A DNA stretch of 64,000 nt, taken from IMG/VR virus record IMGVR_UViG_3300025918_000012, positions 4,799-68,798 of that record. One strand, 5' to 3'. Made by a program: the position numbers and the translations under genes. Under the pieces are notes generated by a model. It was given only the letters and a program-made list of their open reading frames with translations. It was not told the DNA's origin and searched no databases. This document shows positions 28,237-37,602 of this stretch, piece after piece. The stretch is from a virus (taxonomy: Duplodnaviria > Caudoviricetes). Every line of letters begins with the position of its first letter. Positions within the stretch are counted from its first letter, which is position 1.

Positions 28237-28788
28237 ATGAGAAGGACCATCGTCGCCTTCACGGCGGCGCTTTTGTTCATGGCCGCGCCGAACGCGCAGG
28301 CCAGCACGAGGGGCGATCTGTCCCACGCCGCGAAGCAGTTGCGGCACAAGGTCGTGATGAAGTTCGGCAACAAGGCGGCCGGGCGCGACATCGTGAAGTA
28401 CGGCGTCGTGTTCGTCACGAGCGCGCACACGGAAGCGGTGCGCCGCCCGAAGCTCCGGGAGCTTCGGAAGTACAAGAACCAGTTGAACCTGATCGCGCGG
28501 CCCGCGCCGCAGTTCACGCGCAGGACCGTCGGTCCCCCGTCGCAGCCGCCTGCCGGTGTGCAGACGCCGAGCGTGAAGGCAACCCTGCCGACCTGCACGT
28601 GGATGCCGGAGTCGGGAGGCGACTACAACGCCTACAACTCGTCGTCCGGGGCGCGCGGGAAGTATCAGGTCATCCCCTCCACGCACGCCGCCCATTGCTC
28701 GGATCTCGGCTGGTCGCCGGGCGAGCAGGAGGAGTGCGCCGCCCGCGTCTTCAAGGCGCAGGGCGCGGGCGCGTGGGTGAACTGCTGA
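28237..28788 (+). CDS. secreted protein with C-terminal Rpf-like (resuscitation-promoting factor) transglycosylase domain
   Basis: Signal peptide ending AQA; C.W..ESGG.Y....S.GA.GKYQ...STH...P.EQ...A.RV...QG.GAW..C. Confidence 0.75.
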   Translation: MRRTIVAFTAALLFMAAPNAQASTRGDLSHAAKQLRHKVVMKFGNKAAGRDIVKYGVVFVTSAHTEAVRRPKLRELRKYKNQLNLIARPAPQFTRRTVGPPSQPPAGVQTPSVKATLPTCTWMPESGGDYNAYNSSSGARGKYQVIPSTHAAHCSDLGWSPGEQEECAARVFKAQGAGAWVNC

Positions 28789-28812
28789 CCGGCTCGGCCG
28801 GGTAGCACCCAC

Positions 28813-28854
28813 GGTGCCGGGCGGCGCGCCAGATCCACCGCGCCGTCCGGCACC
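28813..28854 (+). terminator. 16-bp hairpin after the Rpf-like gene
   Basis: GGTGCCGGGCGGCGCG ... CGCGCCGTCCGGCACC. Confidence 0.55.
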
Positions 28855-28917
28855 AGTTCGACGATCCGAAGCGGTCGCCGAGCAGCGGTAGCCTCAGTGC
28901 ATGGAGGATGTCCGTGG

Positions 28918-29154
28918 ATGAGGCGAGCCGACCCCGAGTGGTGGCTTTCGTGGTCCCCGGTCGCGACACGCATGGTGGGCTACTTCGGGGTCCTGTTCGT
29001 GACCGTCGTGTGGCTGGTCGCCGCGAGGTTCGAGCCGATTCTCCTCGGGTTCTTCGGTTCCCTGATCGCGGGCGGGGAGGGACTAGACGCGATCAAGGAC
29101 TTCCGTCGAACGGCGGCCCGGCCCCCGGAGCCGACCGAGCCGGAGCCGACCTGA
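28918..29154 (+). CDS. two-TM membrane protein (holin-like)
   Basis: Hydrophobic helices; Pro-rich tail. Confidence 0.55.
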   Translation: MRRADPEWWLSWSPVATRMVGYFGVLFVTVVWLVAARFEPILLGFFGSLIAGGEGLDAIKDFRRTAARPPEPTEPEPT

Positions 29155-29357
29155 TGCGCGCCTTCGCCTCGAAGCACCGCTTGGTCATCTCAAGCGCCTT
29201 CCTCGTGGTGTTCGCCGCCTACATGGTCCTTTCGGTCGCGACCCCGCGCGTCGCGACTCCCATCGGCATCGGCCTCGTCGGTCTGGTGTTGGCGTTCTCG
29301 GTGCTGGTCCACATGCCCACGGACCCGCCGAAGGGACGCGACGGTGCCGACGTTTGA
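29154..29357 (+). CDS. two-TM membrane protein
   Basis: TGATG coupling; two hydrophobic segments. Confidence 0.55.
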   Translation: MRAFASKHRLVISSAFLVVFAAYMVLSVATPRVATPIGIGLVGLVLAFSVLVHMPTDPPKGRDGADV

Positions 29358-29859
29358 CCAGCGCGACATCGAGCGCCGGTTGAAGCCCCACGGGGACGGC
29401 AACCTCGTCCGTGAGATCTCCGGCCTGATCGCGCGCATGGACGAGCGCTACTGGCGCGTGCTCTGCCGCATGTGGCTGGCGGGGGCCGTCGCCTGCATCT
29501 TCCTGCTCGGCACGATGGCCTCGACCGCGATCCTCGTGAAGGACAACCGCCACCTGATCCACCGCCTCGATGAAGTCGCGGTGGCCGCGCAGACACGCGG
29601 CGCGCGCACCGACGCCAAGCAGTGCCGGGACATCGAGGAGTTGAAGGGCGTCGCGCGCGCGAGCACGCTCGCGAGCATCGCCCGGATCCGCAAGAGCAAG
29701 TCGTTCTCCGAGGAGGAGAAGGCCGGGTTCATCCGGGACTCCGAGGCGTTCCTCAAGAAGATCCCGCCGCTCACGGGCCGCGATCCGCGCACCGGCAAGC
29801 GCCTGCTCGGCGTCGGTGCCTGCCCGACGCTCCCGAGTCAGCGCACCGCAACGCCCTGA
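29344..29859 (+). CDS. single-TM protein with extracytoplasmic domain
   Basis: WLAGAVACIFLLGTMASTAILV helix. Confidence 0.5.
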   Translation: MPTFDQRDIERRLKPHGDGNLVREISGLIARMDERYWRVLCRMWLAGAVACIFLLGTMASTAILVKDNRHLIHRLDEVAVAAQTRGARTDAKQCRDIEELKGVARASTLASIARIRKSKSFSEEEKAGFIRDSEAFLKKIPPLTGRDPRTGKRLLGVGACPTLPSQRTATP

Positions 29860-29889
29860 TCCGTCCGGCCCGGACGGCACGATCCGGGC

Positions 29890-30768
29890 GTGGGAGATCT
29901 TCTGACCGGCGGCGACGCGAAGCGCCGCGACGAGCAACTCCTCGACGACGCCTTCGAGGTTCTCGACGAGGCCGCCGAGATCATCGCGCCGCGCGCGTGG
30001 GTGGCGCTGTTCTCGGGCGGCCACGACTCGCTCACCGCGACGACCGTGGCGTTCGAGTGGGCGCGCGCCCGCGACGTCCCGCTGACGGCGGCGCACATCC
30101 GTACCGGGACCGGCATCCCGGCGACGACGGAGTACGTCAAGGAGGTCTGCGCGGCGCAGGGCTGGCCGCTCAAGATCTACGATCCGCCCGTTCCGTACGA
30201 GGAGATCGTCCTCGAATACGGCTTCATGGGGCCGGGGCAGCACGGCATCGCGTACAACCGCCTCAAGGAGCGCTGCCTGCGGCAGATCGTCCGCGAGGCG
30301 AAGGTCGAGTACAAGGACCGCATCGCCTTCGTCACCGGCGTGCGCTCGGACGAGTCGCTCCGCAGACTCCGGCACGTGGACCGGATCCAGAAGGGCGACG
30401 GGGCGCAGTGGTGGGCCGCCGCCGTGTGGAACTGGACCAAGATCGAGTGCGCGAAGTTCACGTTCGGATCGCGGAAACTGCCTCGGAACCCGGTCGTTGA
30501 CCTTCTCCACATGTCGGCAGAATGTCTCTGCGGGGCGTTCGCGCGGCCCGGCGAGATGCAGGAGATCGAGGCGTGGTTCCCTGAGCACGCCGCGTGGCTC
30601 CACGACCTCGAATCGAAGGCGCAGGCGAAGGGCCTCCGGGCGTGCCGGTGGGGCCAGCGCCCGCCGCGCATCCACGCGGACCAGATGAAGATGGTCTTCG
30701 GCGAGGAGTGGGACGCCGCGATCCCCGGCGTCATGTGTCAGGGCTGCGCCCTGTCGCCCGAGGAATAG
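29890..30768 (+). CDS. phosphoadenosine phosphosulfate (PAPS) reductase-family protein
   Basis: PP-loop LFSGGHDS; C...LK; GVR.DES.RR; SAECLCG; Cys-rich tail. Confidence 0.85.
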   Translation: MGDLLTGGDAKRRDEQLLDDAFEVLDEAAEIIAPRAWVALFSGGHDSLTATTVAFEWARARDVPLTAAHIRTGTGIPATTEYVKEVCAAQGWPLKIYDPPVPYEEIVLEYGFMGPGQHGIAYNRLKERCLRQIVREAKVEYKDRIAFVTGVRSDESLRRLRHVDRIQKGDGAQWWAAAVWNWTKIECAKFTFGSRKLPRNPVVDLLHMSAECLCGAFARPGEMQEIEAWFPEHAAWLHDLESKAQAKGLRACRWGQRPPRIHADQMKMVFGEEWDAAIPGVMCQGCALSPEE

Positions 30769-30840
30769 CTCAAGTCCGGGTTGGATCCTGCCGATAGGAC
30801 TGCTAACATCGTGAACCACTTCTCAGGTCGGGAAGCGTCG

Positions 30841-30866
30841 GGGGCCGCGCCGAAAGGCGCGGCTTC
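30841..30866 (+). terminator. GNRA-capped hairpin
   Basis: GGGGCCGCGCC GAAA GGCGCGGCTTC followed by a T-containing tract. Confidence 0.55.
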
Positions 30867-30909
30867 TGTCGTTCTGGGGGGCGTCCGGCGGCGACCGTAG
30901 GGTCGCCCC

Positions 30910-31341
30910 ATGAACATCAACCGGGTGGTCATCACCGGCAACCTCACCGCCGACCCCGACCTCAAGACCACGCCCTCCGGGACCTCGGTCTGCAAGCTGC
31001 GGATCGCCTCGAACGAGCGCGTCAAGGACTCCAACGGCGAGTGGGGCGAGCGCCCGAACTACTTCACCGTGACGGTGTGGGGCGCGCAGGGCGAGAACTG
31101 CAACCGCTACCTCGCGAAGGGCCGCCCCGTCGCCATCGACGGCCGCCTGCGCTGGCGCGAGTACCAGACCAACGACGGCGGCAAGCGCGAGGCCATCGAG
31201 ATCGTCGCGAACTCCGTGCAGTTCCTCTCCGACGGCAAGCCGCACGAAGCCGCACCCGCCGCCCCCGCAACGGGGGGCGACGAGTACGGATCGGGGAGCG
31301 TCGCCGGAGGGGGGTTGGCCGACGACGACATCCCCTACTAG
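30910..31341 (+). CDS. ssb: single-stranded DNA-binding protein
   Basis: NINRVVITGNLT.DP...W.....F.VTVWG...DGRL.WR..; C-terminal DDDIPY; TAGGGT 6 nt before ATG (leaderless). Confidence 0.97.
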   Translation: MNINRVVITGNLTADPDLKTTPSGTSVCKLRIASNERVKDSNGEWGERPNYFTVTVWGAQGENCNRYLAKGRPVAIDGRLRWREYQTNDGGKREAIEIVANSVQFLSDGKPHEAAPAAPATGGDEYGSGSVAGGGLADDDIPY

Positions 31342-31613
31342 GCGGCTTCCCCTCCTCGGTCCGCCGCCAACGCGAACGCCCTCGCCTTCGGCGTGGGCTT
31401 GTAGATGCAGGAACGCGGGCCGTAGTACCGCTCGGCCAGCCCGTCCCTCACGTACCGGCGCAAGACCTTCGCGATCTCCGCGCTCAGTCCGGTCTGGACG
31501 GCTTCCCGCTCCGTGATGTCGTAGTGGCGTGCGGCCACAGCGCGAGCCTCCGCGAAGTCACTGATCTCCGCGAAGGTCCGCAGCAGGTCGTCGCCCTCTC
31601 CGACGTCTGCCAT
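31338..31613 (-). CDS. small winged-helix-like protein
   Basis: CCGACCAAGGAG on the minus strand at 31622-31633; LRRY..DGLAER...IY.PT.K. Confidence 0.55.
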   Translation of the reverse strand: MADVGEGDDLLRTFAEISDFAEARAVAARHYDITEREAVQTGLSAEIAKVLRRYVRDGLAERYYGPRSCIYKPTPKARAFALAADRGGEAA

Positions 31614-31712
31614 GCCTTCCTCTCCTTGGTCGGTCGCTCCTGAAAACGAGCGTACCAACGAGTGCGACCCGCTGGAAGCGGGCCGCAGTTGGAGGTTCTG
31701 TGGAGGGTTTGG

Positions 31713-32546
31713 TCAGCCGCCGATGGAGGCCATCAGCGCGGCCTCGATCTGGTCCTCGGCGGCGGTCTCGGCGACCGGCTTCGGCGGGGCGATGATGGCC
31801 TCGCCCTCGACGGCCTTGTCGATCAGCGCCTTCTTCATCGGCACCGCCTCGTCCTCGGCCGCGCCGAGCGCGACGAGGCCGTCCTCCATCCCGTCGATGA
31901 CGGTGCGGACCATGTTCACCTGCTTCTGCTCGACCTGCGCGAGGTTCGGCGAGAGGACAGCCTCGTCCGGCTCGCGCATCGCGGCCGGGAACGCGACCTC
32001 GTTCATGACGAGGCACTGCCGCGCCGGGTCGGCGTACATGAAGCAGAGCTTCTGCCGGGTGCGCGCCGAGCGCTTCATCACGAGCGCGGTCGCGGGCCGC
32101 TCGTCGTCGCCGAGCAGCGCCTCCATGAGGAGCCGGTACGCCTTCGGCGAGCCGTCCTTCGGGGACTGCACGAAGTAGATCGCGGTCACGCGGTCACCGA
32201 ACTTCTCGCGCACGTCCGCGAGCGGCGCGCTGCCCTCGACCACGATGGTCTTGAGCTTCGTGGACTCCTCGATCTCCTTGATCGACTCGTCCGGGATCGG
32301 CTTGAAGTGGTCGCCGATGCGGACGCCGCGCTGGCGCTGGTCCCACTCGAAGACCTCGCCGGTCGCCTCGTCCACGTACTGCGTCTTGTAGGGCGCGCCG
32401 GACGGGGCGGCGGCGTCGAACTTCACGTCGGCCTCGGCGGCGGTCGCCTTGCAGACCTGAATCGGGAAGGCGAACAGCGGCTTGACCTCGCCGGTGATCT
32501 CGTCCGTCGTGGTCGTGACGGCGAGCAGGTGGTTGTCTCCACGCAT
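31713..32546 (-). CDS. ku: Ku-like DNA end-binding protein
   Basis: FPIQV.KAT....V.F...P......YVDE.TGEV...RG; IY....K.....AY.LL.EAL; R..L...V.FP..MR; IDKA.EG tail. Confidence 0.8.
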   Translation of the reverse strand: MRGDNHLLAVTTTTDEITGEVKPLFAFPIQVCKATAAEADVKFDAAAPSGAPYKTQYVDEATGEVFEWDQRQRGVRIGDHFKPIPDESIKEIEESTKLKTIVVEGSAPLADVREKFGDRVTAIYFVQSPKDGSPKAYRLLMEALLGDDERPATALVMKRSARTRQKLCFMYADPARQCLVMNEVAFPAAMREPDEAVLSPNLAQVEQKQVNMVRTVIDGMEDGLVALGAAEDEAVPMKKALIDKAVEGEAIIAPPKPVAETAAEDQIEAALMASIGG

Positions 32547-32744
32547 GGGAGTCCTCCGTTGGTCGGGCGTTGGGCGGGCACCCCCAATGGATGCGCGCTT
32601 GCCGCCGGGTTGTCCATGATGTTAGCGCAGATGGAGGACGGAATCCAGGCATCGGACGCTTGTCCATTCGTACCGGTGCTGCTAACATCATGGACGCAGG
32701 GTGCCGTTGACTCTGGTGCCCCCTTCCCGACCAAGGAGCAGCAA

Positions 32745-32954
32745 ATGTCCAAGATCAAGGCCGACTTCGCCGACGCGGCGCACGACGGCAAGACCGTCAA
32801 GGCCCACATGATCGGCGGCGGCAGCCTCTACGGCATCGCCTGCGAGGAGTCCTCCGACGGCGACCACTTCAACCTCGCCAACGTGAACACGTGCGAGTTG
32901 CAGTTCACGTACGTGGCCTTCGACGAGGTTCTGTCCTTCGAGGTCGTGGCGTGA
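32745..32954 (+). CDS. hypothetical protein
   Basis: Promoter motif at 32683 and CCGACCAAGGAG at 32727. Confidence 0.6.
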   Translation: MSKIKADFADAAHDGKTVKAHMIGGGSLYGIACEESSDGDHFNLANVNTCELQFTYVAFDEVLSFEVVA

Positions 32955-33139
32955 GCGATCTCGCGATCTGGGCGGTGAGCGTCGCCGCCGTTGTCTTGCC
33001 GCTCGGGGTCAGCAAGATCGCCGAGGAGGTCATGGTCGCCCCCGCGCGCCGTCGCGCGCGGGCCGCGCAGGCGCGCCTCGCGGAGGCGCAGCGGCGCGCG
33101 GACTACGCCGAGGCCCGGATGAAGGAGTGGACGCTATGA
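32951..33139 (+). CDS. small membrane/coiled-coil protein
   Basis: GTGA coupling; N-terminal hydrophobic helix. Confidence 0.5.
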   Translation: MSDLAIWAVSVAAVVLPLGVSKIAEEVMVAPARRRARAAQARLAEAQRRADYAEARMKEWTL

Positions 33140-34068
33140 CCGCGACGCTCTCGACCGCCGAGTGGCGGGCGCTCGCCGCCAGCGGCGATCTCGTCGCGCT
33201 GGCGAAGCCGGTCAAGACGCAGCCGACCGGCGAGTTCCTCGTGGAGCCGAAGTTCGACGGCTGGCGGCTCGTCGCCATCGTCGGCGGTGACCGCACGCAC
33301 CTGTACGCGCGCTCCGGGCAGTCGCTCACCGGCAAGCTGCCCGCCGTGGAGGCCGAGTTGTTCGAGCGCTTCCCCGCCGGGACCGTCCTCGACGGCGAGG
33401 CCGTCGCGCTGCGCGTGCAGGACGGCAAGATCCTGAACGAGTGGAGCATCGCGCAGAACGTCCTCTCGACCGCCGGTGCGCACATCGCCGCGCCGCGCAT
33501 CACGTTCATGGTCTTCGACCTTCTCGCCCACGCGCACATCGACGCGCGGGCGCTGCCGCTGCGCGGGCGGCGCAAGCTGCTCGACCGCATCTTCGCCGCC
33601 GAGAGTTTCCAGAAGGTGCAACTTTCCCCGGCCGTCGTGGCGTCCGGCGAGGAACTCGCGAGCTACCACGCCGCGCACATGGCGCAGGGGTTCGAGGGCA
33701 CCATGCTCAAGCGGCTGGACGGCACCTACCGCTCCGGCGCGCGCGACTGGTCGAAGTTGAAGCCGCAGCAGACCCGCGAGGTCGTCGTGATGGGCTTCAA
33801 GCCCGGCCAAGGCGGCTTCAAGGGTCTCGTCGGGGCCGTCGAGTTCGGCGAGTACAACGCCGCCGGGAAGCTGGTCTACATCGGCCGCTGCTCCGGCATG
33901 GACATGCGGACGCGCCGCCACATGACCGCGCACCCGGAGGAGTGGGTCGGCAAGGTGATCGAGGTCGCGCACTTCGACCCGGCGAAGAAGGGCGGGCGCG
34001 CGCGGTCCCCGCAGTTTCGGCGGATTCGTCCCGACCGGGACCCCGTGACCATCCGTTCAGGAGGCTAG
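33136..34068 (+). CDS. lig: ATP-dependent DNA ligase (LigC/LigD ligase-domain type)
   Basis: Motif I EPKFDGWR; LDGE; FMVFDLL; FEG.MLKR.D..YR.G.R.W.KLK; OB tail SPQF.R.RPDR. Confidence 0.93.
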   Translation: MTATLSTAEWRALAASGDLVALAKPVKTQPTGEFLVEPKFDGWRLVAIVGGDRTHLYARSGQSLTGKLPAVEAELFERFPAGTVLDGEAVALRVQDGKILNEWSIAQNVLSTAGAHIAAPRITFMVFDLLAHAHIDARALPLRGRRKLLDRIFAAESFQKVQLSPAVVASGEELASYHAAHMAQGFEGTMLKRLDGTYRSGARDWSKLKPQQTREVVVMGFKPGQGGFKGLVGAVEFGEYNAAGKLVYIGRCSGMDMRTRRHMTAHPEEWVGKVIEVAHFDPAKKGGRARSPQFRRIRPDRDPVTIRSGG

Positions 34069-34099
34069 CCTCGGTGTCCCGACCAAGGAGCGCCCCCCG

Positions 34100-34597
34100 A
34101 TGCAAGACCTCATGGACCGCTGGACAGACGCCGAGCGGGCTATCGAAGATGCCTTCGAGGCCATCCAACGGCGGCTCGACGAGTTCCGGGCGGGGGTCTA
34201 CGTGCAGGTGATCGAGGGCGAGGATCCCGGCGAGAGCCTGCTGACGCTCGCCGCGCAGATCGACACCGAAGATCTCCTCGACGCCGTGGACGGCTTGCTC
34301 TCGCTCACGGACCCCCGGCAGGAGTTCGCCCGCGAGGCCCTGCTCAACTCGACGCCGCGCTACCGCCTGATCGGCCACGAGGAGGCGCACGTCCACACGT
34401 TGCTGCCGTTCGTCTACGTGACGGTCGGCCGGGGCGGGTGGATCGTCGGCTACGCCAACCGCGACCACAAGGTCGTCACCGCCACCGAGACGTCGCTGCG
34501 GCTCGCGTTCGCGCTGATGCGCCTCGACGCGCCGATGGAGTGGGCCGTCGAGCAGGAACGGATCGTCGTGGACGATCTCGTCGGCGAGGGCGCGTAG
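34100..34597 (+). CDS. hypothetical protein
   Basis: CCGACCAAGGAG RBS. Confidence 0.6.
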   Translation: MQDLMDRWTDAERAIEDAFEAIQRRLDEFRAGVYVQVIEGEDPGESLLTLAAQIDTEDLLDAVDGLLSLTDPRQEFAREALLNSTPRYRLIGHEEAHVHTLLPFVYVTVGRGGWIVGYANRDHKVVTATETSLRLAFALMRLDAPMEWAVEQERIVVDDLVGEGA

Positions 34598-34606
34598 GTT
34601 TCGCGC

Positions 34607-34945
34607 ATGGCTGACACACCGAAGCGCACCCGCCGCAAGGCCGCTGCCGACAACGGCACGCCCCGCACGAACACACCGACCTACGTCGTCGTGAAGGTGG
34701 ACGGCAACCGCCTCGACGTCGTGGCTCCCGGCGTCGTGGCGAAGAATCAGGACACCGCGATGGAGCACGTCTACAGCCGGATGCCCGAGGACGCCGGGGC
34801 CGTGCAGCTTGGCGCGTTCCTCGCGACCGGCTGGAAGACGAAGAAGTTCGACTCGCGGCTGCGGCGCGAGACGTTCACCAGCGACGTCGAGCACACGTTC
34901 TCCTCGGCGATCACCGAGCCGACGCCGCAGGCCGCGCCCGAGTGA
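34607..34945 (+). CDS. hypothetical protein
   Basis: Coding-like ORF in the operon. Confidence 0.55.
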   Translation: MADTPKRTRRKAAADNGTPRTNTPTYVVVKVDGNRLDVVAPGVVAKNQDTAMEHVYSRMPEDAGAVQLGAFLATGWKTKKFDSRLRRETFTSDVEHTFSSAITEPTPQAAPE

Positions 34946-34989
34946 TCGCGGCCCGGACATCGGTTCGGATCGGAATAGCCTCCGGGGCC

Positions 34990-35271
34990 ATGCCCCGCGA
35001 AGCGCTGCTCGTCGGCGGTCCGTACGACGGAGCCACGCTCACCGCGCGCAAGCGCAACGACTTCATCTACATCGGGGGCGACGACCATCGCCCGAAGACA
35101 TACGTTCGCGAGGGCAAGGGCCGGTGCCTGTACCGGCGCTTCACGACCCGCGACGAGTTCGACCTGTTCCTCGTGGCCGCGCACACGCACGTGCAGTGCC
35201 CGGCGTGCGAGGCGTGGACGGCTCGCGGGGCGCGCTGTCAGGGATGCGGCGAGTCCCTTGCGCTGGCATAG
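34990..35271 (+). CDS. hypothetical protein with C-terminal Zn ribbon
   Basis: GGP.DG; CPAC...CQGC; TAGCCT 8 nt before ATG. Confidence 0.55.
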   Translation: MPREALLVGGPYDGATLTARKRNDFIYIGGDDHRPKTYVREGKGRCLYRRFTTRDEFDLFLVAAHTHVQCPACEAWTARGARCQGCGESLALA

Positions 35272-35280
35272 GAGGCCAAC

Positions 35281-35634
35281 ATGCACACGATCCACTTCCA
35301 CGACCTCGAAGGCCGCGACTACGACGTCCGCGTGCTTGCGCGAGAGCTACAGCGCGGCGCGCAGTTCGTCGCGTTCACGGAGAACTCCACGCGGCTCGCG
35401 ATGCTGATTCAGGACCGCGACGAGTTGGGCTGCTCGGTCATCGACGGCGTGCCGTACGGGGCGGGCTACTACCTCGTCGCGGTGGTCGAGCACGGCTGCT
35501 ACTGGTTCTGCCCGCGCAACGGTCTGCATCAGAGCTACGTCGCGGAGAAGCTCGGGATCACGCCGAAGGACGGCGAGGCCGTCGTGTGGCTGCTCGACCA
35601 GATCGCCATGAACACGCGGCTCACAGCCGCGTGA
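35281..35634 (+). CDS. hypothetical protein
   Basis: GGAGG RBS. Confidence 0.6.
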   Translation: MHTIHFHDLEGRDYDVRVLARELQRGAQFVAFTENSTRLAMLIQDRDELGCSVIDGVPYGAGYYLVAVVEHGCYWFCPRNGLHQSYVAEKLGITPKDGEAVVWLLDQIAMNTRLTAA

Positions 35635-35698
35635 AGGCGCTTCACATTTTGTAGCGATCCGCCCTTGAGGGTAAGATCGTGGGCGAACGAGGTATGGA

Positions 35699-36163
35699 AT
35701 GCACGCCCTCGGCACCCTCACTCCCACGGCCGCGACCCGCGCGGGGCGAATGCTGCGCGCCGGGAGCCTGACCGCAACCGTCACTTCTCGTCGCTCCGGC
35801 GACCACATCACGTTGCGCCTGCGGGCCACCCGCCGGGCCGAGGGTCAGGCGCGCACGTGGCCGACGGTGCCGTTCGAGGAGGCCACGCACGTCTTCATCG
35901 ACGCCTACGACGGCGAGCGTGTCGCGACCTACTACCCGCAGAAGGGCAAGCTGTGGATGGAGGCCGGGATGACCCGGCCCGTGCAGTGGACGGTCGTCGC
36001 GCTGCTCAAGTTCCTCGCCGGGATGTTCCCGCTGCTCGCCGAGCAGGCCGACCTCGCCGAGGCGGATCTGTGCGGCCGGTGCGGGCGCGAGTTGACGAAC
36101 CCGGAGTCGCTTGCGCGCGGCCTCGGGGACGACTGCGCGAAGGCCGTCGCCGACGGCGAGTAA
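35699..36163 (+). CDS. DUF6011-like Zn-finger protein
   Basis: CGRCGRELTNPESLARGLG..C. Confidence 0.75.
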   Translation: MHALGTLTPTAATRAGRMLRAGSLTATVTSRRSGDHITLRLRATRRAEGQARTWPTVPFEEATHVFIDAYDGERVATYYPQKGKLWMEAGMTRPVQWTVVALLKFLAGMFPLLAEQADLAEADLCGRCGRELTNPESLARGLGDDCAKAVADGE

Positions 36164-36238
36164 CATCGTGGACGGTCGCGGGACTCCCATAGCGGTGCCC
36201 CCGCACGTCCCGCGACCTCCACGACCAGAAGGAGGGCC

Positions 36239-37012
36239 ATGCCCAAGAACGAGACGGACGCGGCCCGCGCGGCTGCGGACGCAATCGAGTCGCTCGACGG
36301 GACGACGACGCACCTGATCGTCCTCGGCGACGAGTCCGGGTCCATGAAGGGCAACGAGGAGGCGGTGGTCACCGGGATCAACGAGTTCATCGCCAAGTTC
36401 CGCGACCGCCCGAAGACCCGCTTCACGCTCGCGTGGTTCGACATGCATCCCGGAGCGGATCGGACGCGCGTGCTGATCGACGATCAGCGCATGGAGGCCA
36501 CCGGCGTCATCGAGATCGGTGACTACCGGCCGCGCGGCCGGACGCCGCTGAACGACGCCATCGCCGACATGCTGTCCCGCACCGAGGGCCGCGTGAAGAA
36601 GGGCGACAAGGCGCTGTTCATCATCTTCACGGACGGCTACGAGAACGCCTCGGAGTTGTCGGTGGAGGAGTGCAAGGCCATGATCGAGAAGTACGAGGCG
36701 CGCGAGGAGTGGGCGTTCCTGTACCTCGGCGCGAACCAGAACGCGCAGGCGGTCGCCACGAGCTACGGCCTCGGCGCGACCGGGCAGTCGATGGCGTTCA
36801 CGTCCTCGCCGGTCGGCACGCAGGCGATGGCGGGCTACGTCGGCGAGATGGGCGCGATGCGGATGGCGTCTCCCACGAAGGCCGACTACGAGAAGCTCGC
36901 CGCCGACGCGGCCCGCCGGACGGGCGGCAAGATCCCGGAGACGGAGAAGAAGGACCCGGACAAGGAGTTCGGATCGAAGCGCCGGAAGGTGCGCGACACG
37001 CCGCAGGCGTAG
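36239..37012 (+). CDS. von Willebrand factor A domain protein
   Basis: MIDAS DESGSM; G.TPL.DA; IFTDGYENAS.E; W.F.YLGAN. Confidence 0.88.
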   Translation: MPKNETDAARAAADAIESLDGTTTHLIVLGDESGSMKGNEEAVVTGINEFIAKFRDRPKTRFTLAWFDMHPGADRTRVLIDDQRMEATGVIEIGDYRPRGRTPLNDAIADMLSRTEGRVKKGDKALFIIFTDGYENASELSVEECKAMIEKYEAREEWAFLYLGANQNAQAVATSYGLGATGQSMAFTSSPVGTQAMAGYVGEMGAMRMASPTKADYEKLAADAARRTGGKIPETEKKDPDKEFGSKRRKVRDTPQA

Positions 37013-37052
37013 TACCAGCCCGTGATGTAACATCGTGGACGCTCAAGCGGCT

Positions 37053-37096
37053 GCGGCCCCCGGCGGGGATACATAGAGGGACCCGCCGGGGGCCGC
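37053..37096 (+). other. 15-bp hairpin immediately downstream of a promoter motif
   Basis: GCGGCCCCCGGCGGG ... CCCGCCGGGGGCCGC. Confidence 0.6.
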
Positions 37097-37201
37097 TCCA
37101 CGACCATGACTGTTCGGTAGCGACATCGCCAACTCCCTCGCCCGCGTGCGACGCGCGGGGGAGTCCACGTCCTGTCCCACGGATGGAGGGCGCGATGTCC
37201 C

Positions 37202-37435
37202 ATGTCTGGAAAGAAGCGCGCGAGTGCGCGCGCGGCGGTCAAGAACGGCCGTCGGATTCGTCGCCACGGTCGTAAGCCGTGGATGGCCGGTCAGCCCGTG
37301 ATGAAGCAGGGCATGGGCGGCACGGACAAGTCCGGCACCGTGAAGCCGTCGAAGGTCTACTACTCGCAGGCGACCGCCGAGCGCCTGCGGGGGCACCCGT
37401 CGGAGTGGCTCGGGATCCCCAAGCGGGAGAAGTAA
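37202..37435 (+). CDS. small basic protein
   Basis: Lys/Arg-rich ORF; GGAGG upstream. Confidence 0.5.
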   Translation: MSGKKRASARAAVKNGRRIRRHGRKPWMAGQPVMKQGMGGTDKSGTVKPSKVYYSQATAERLRGHPSEWLGIPKREK

Positions 37436-37602
37436 CGGGCCGCTAAGATCGTGGGCCTCCCCCAAGCGTCACAACGACGGGGAGTGGAGGCGCGGGGTCC
37501 GGTCCGCCAAGACGCCGGACCACCCGGTCATGTGAGAGGCCCCGGCGACGGCCGGGGCTTCCGCATGTAGGAGCCGATCCGAGCGCGGGTAGCCTTCGGA
37601 CC

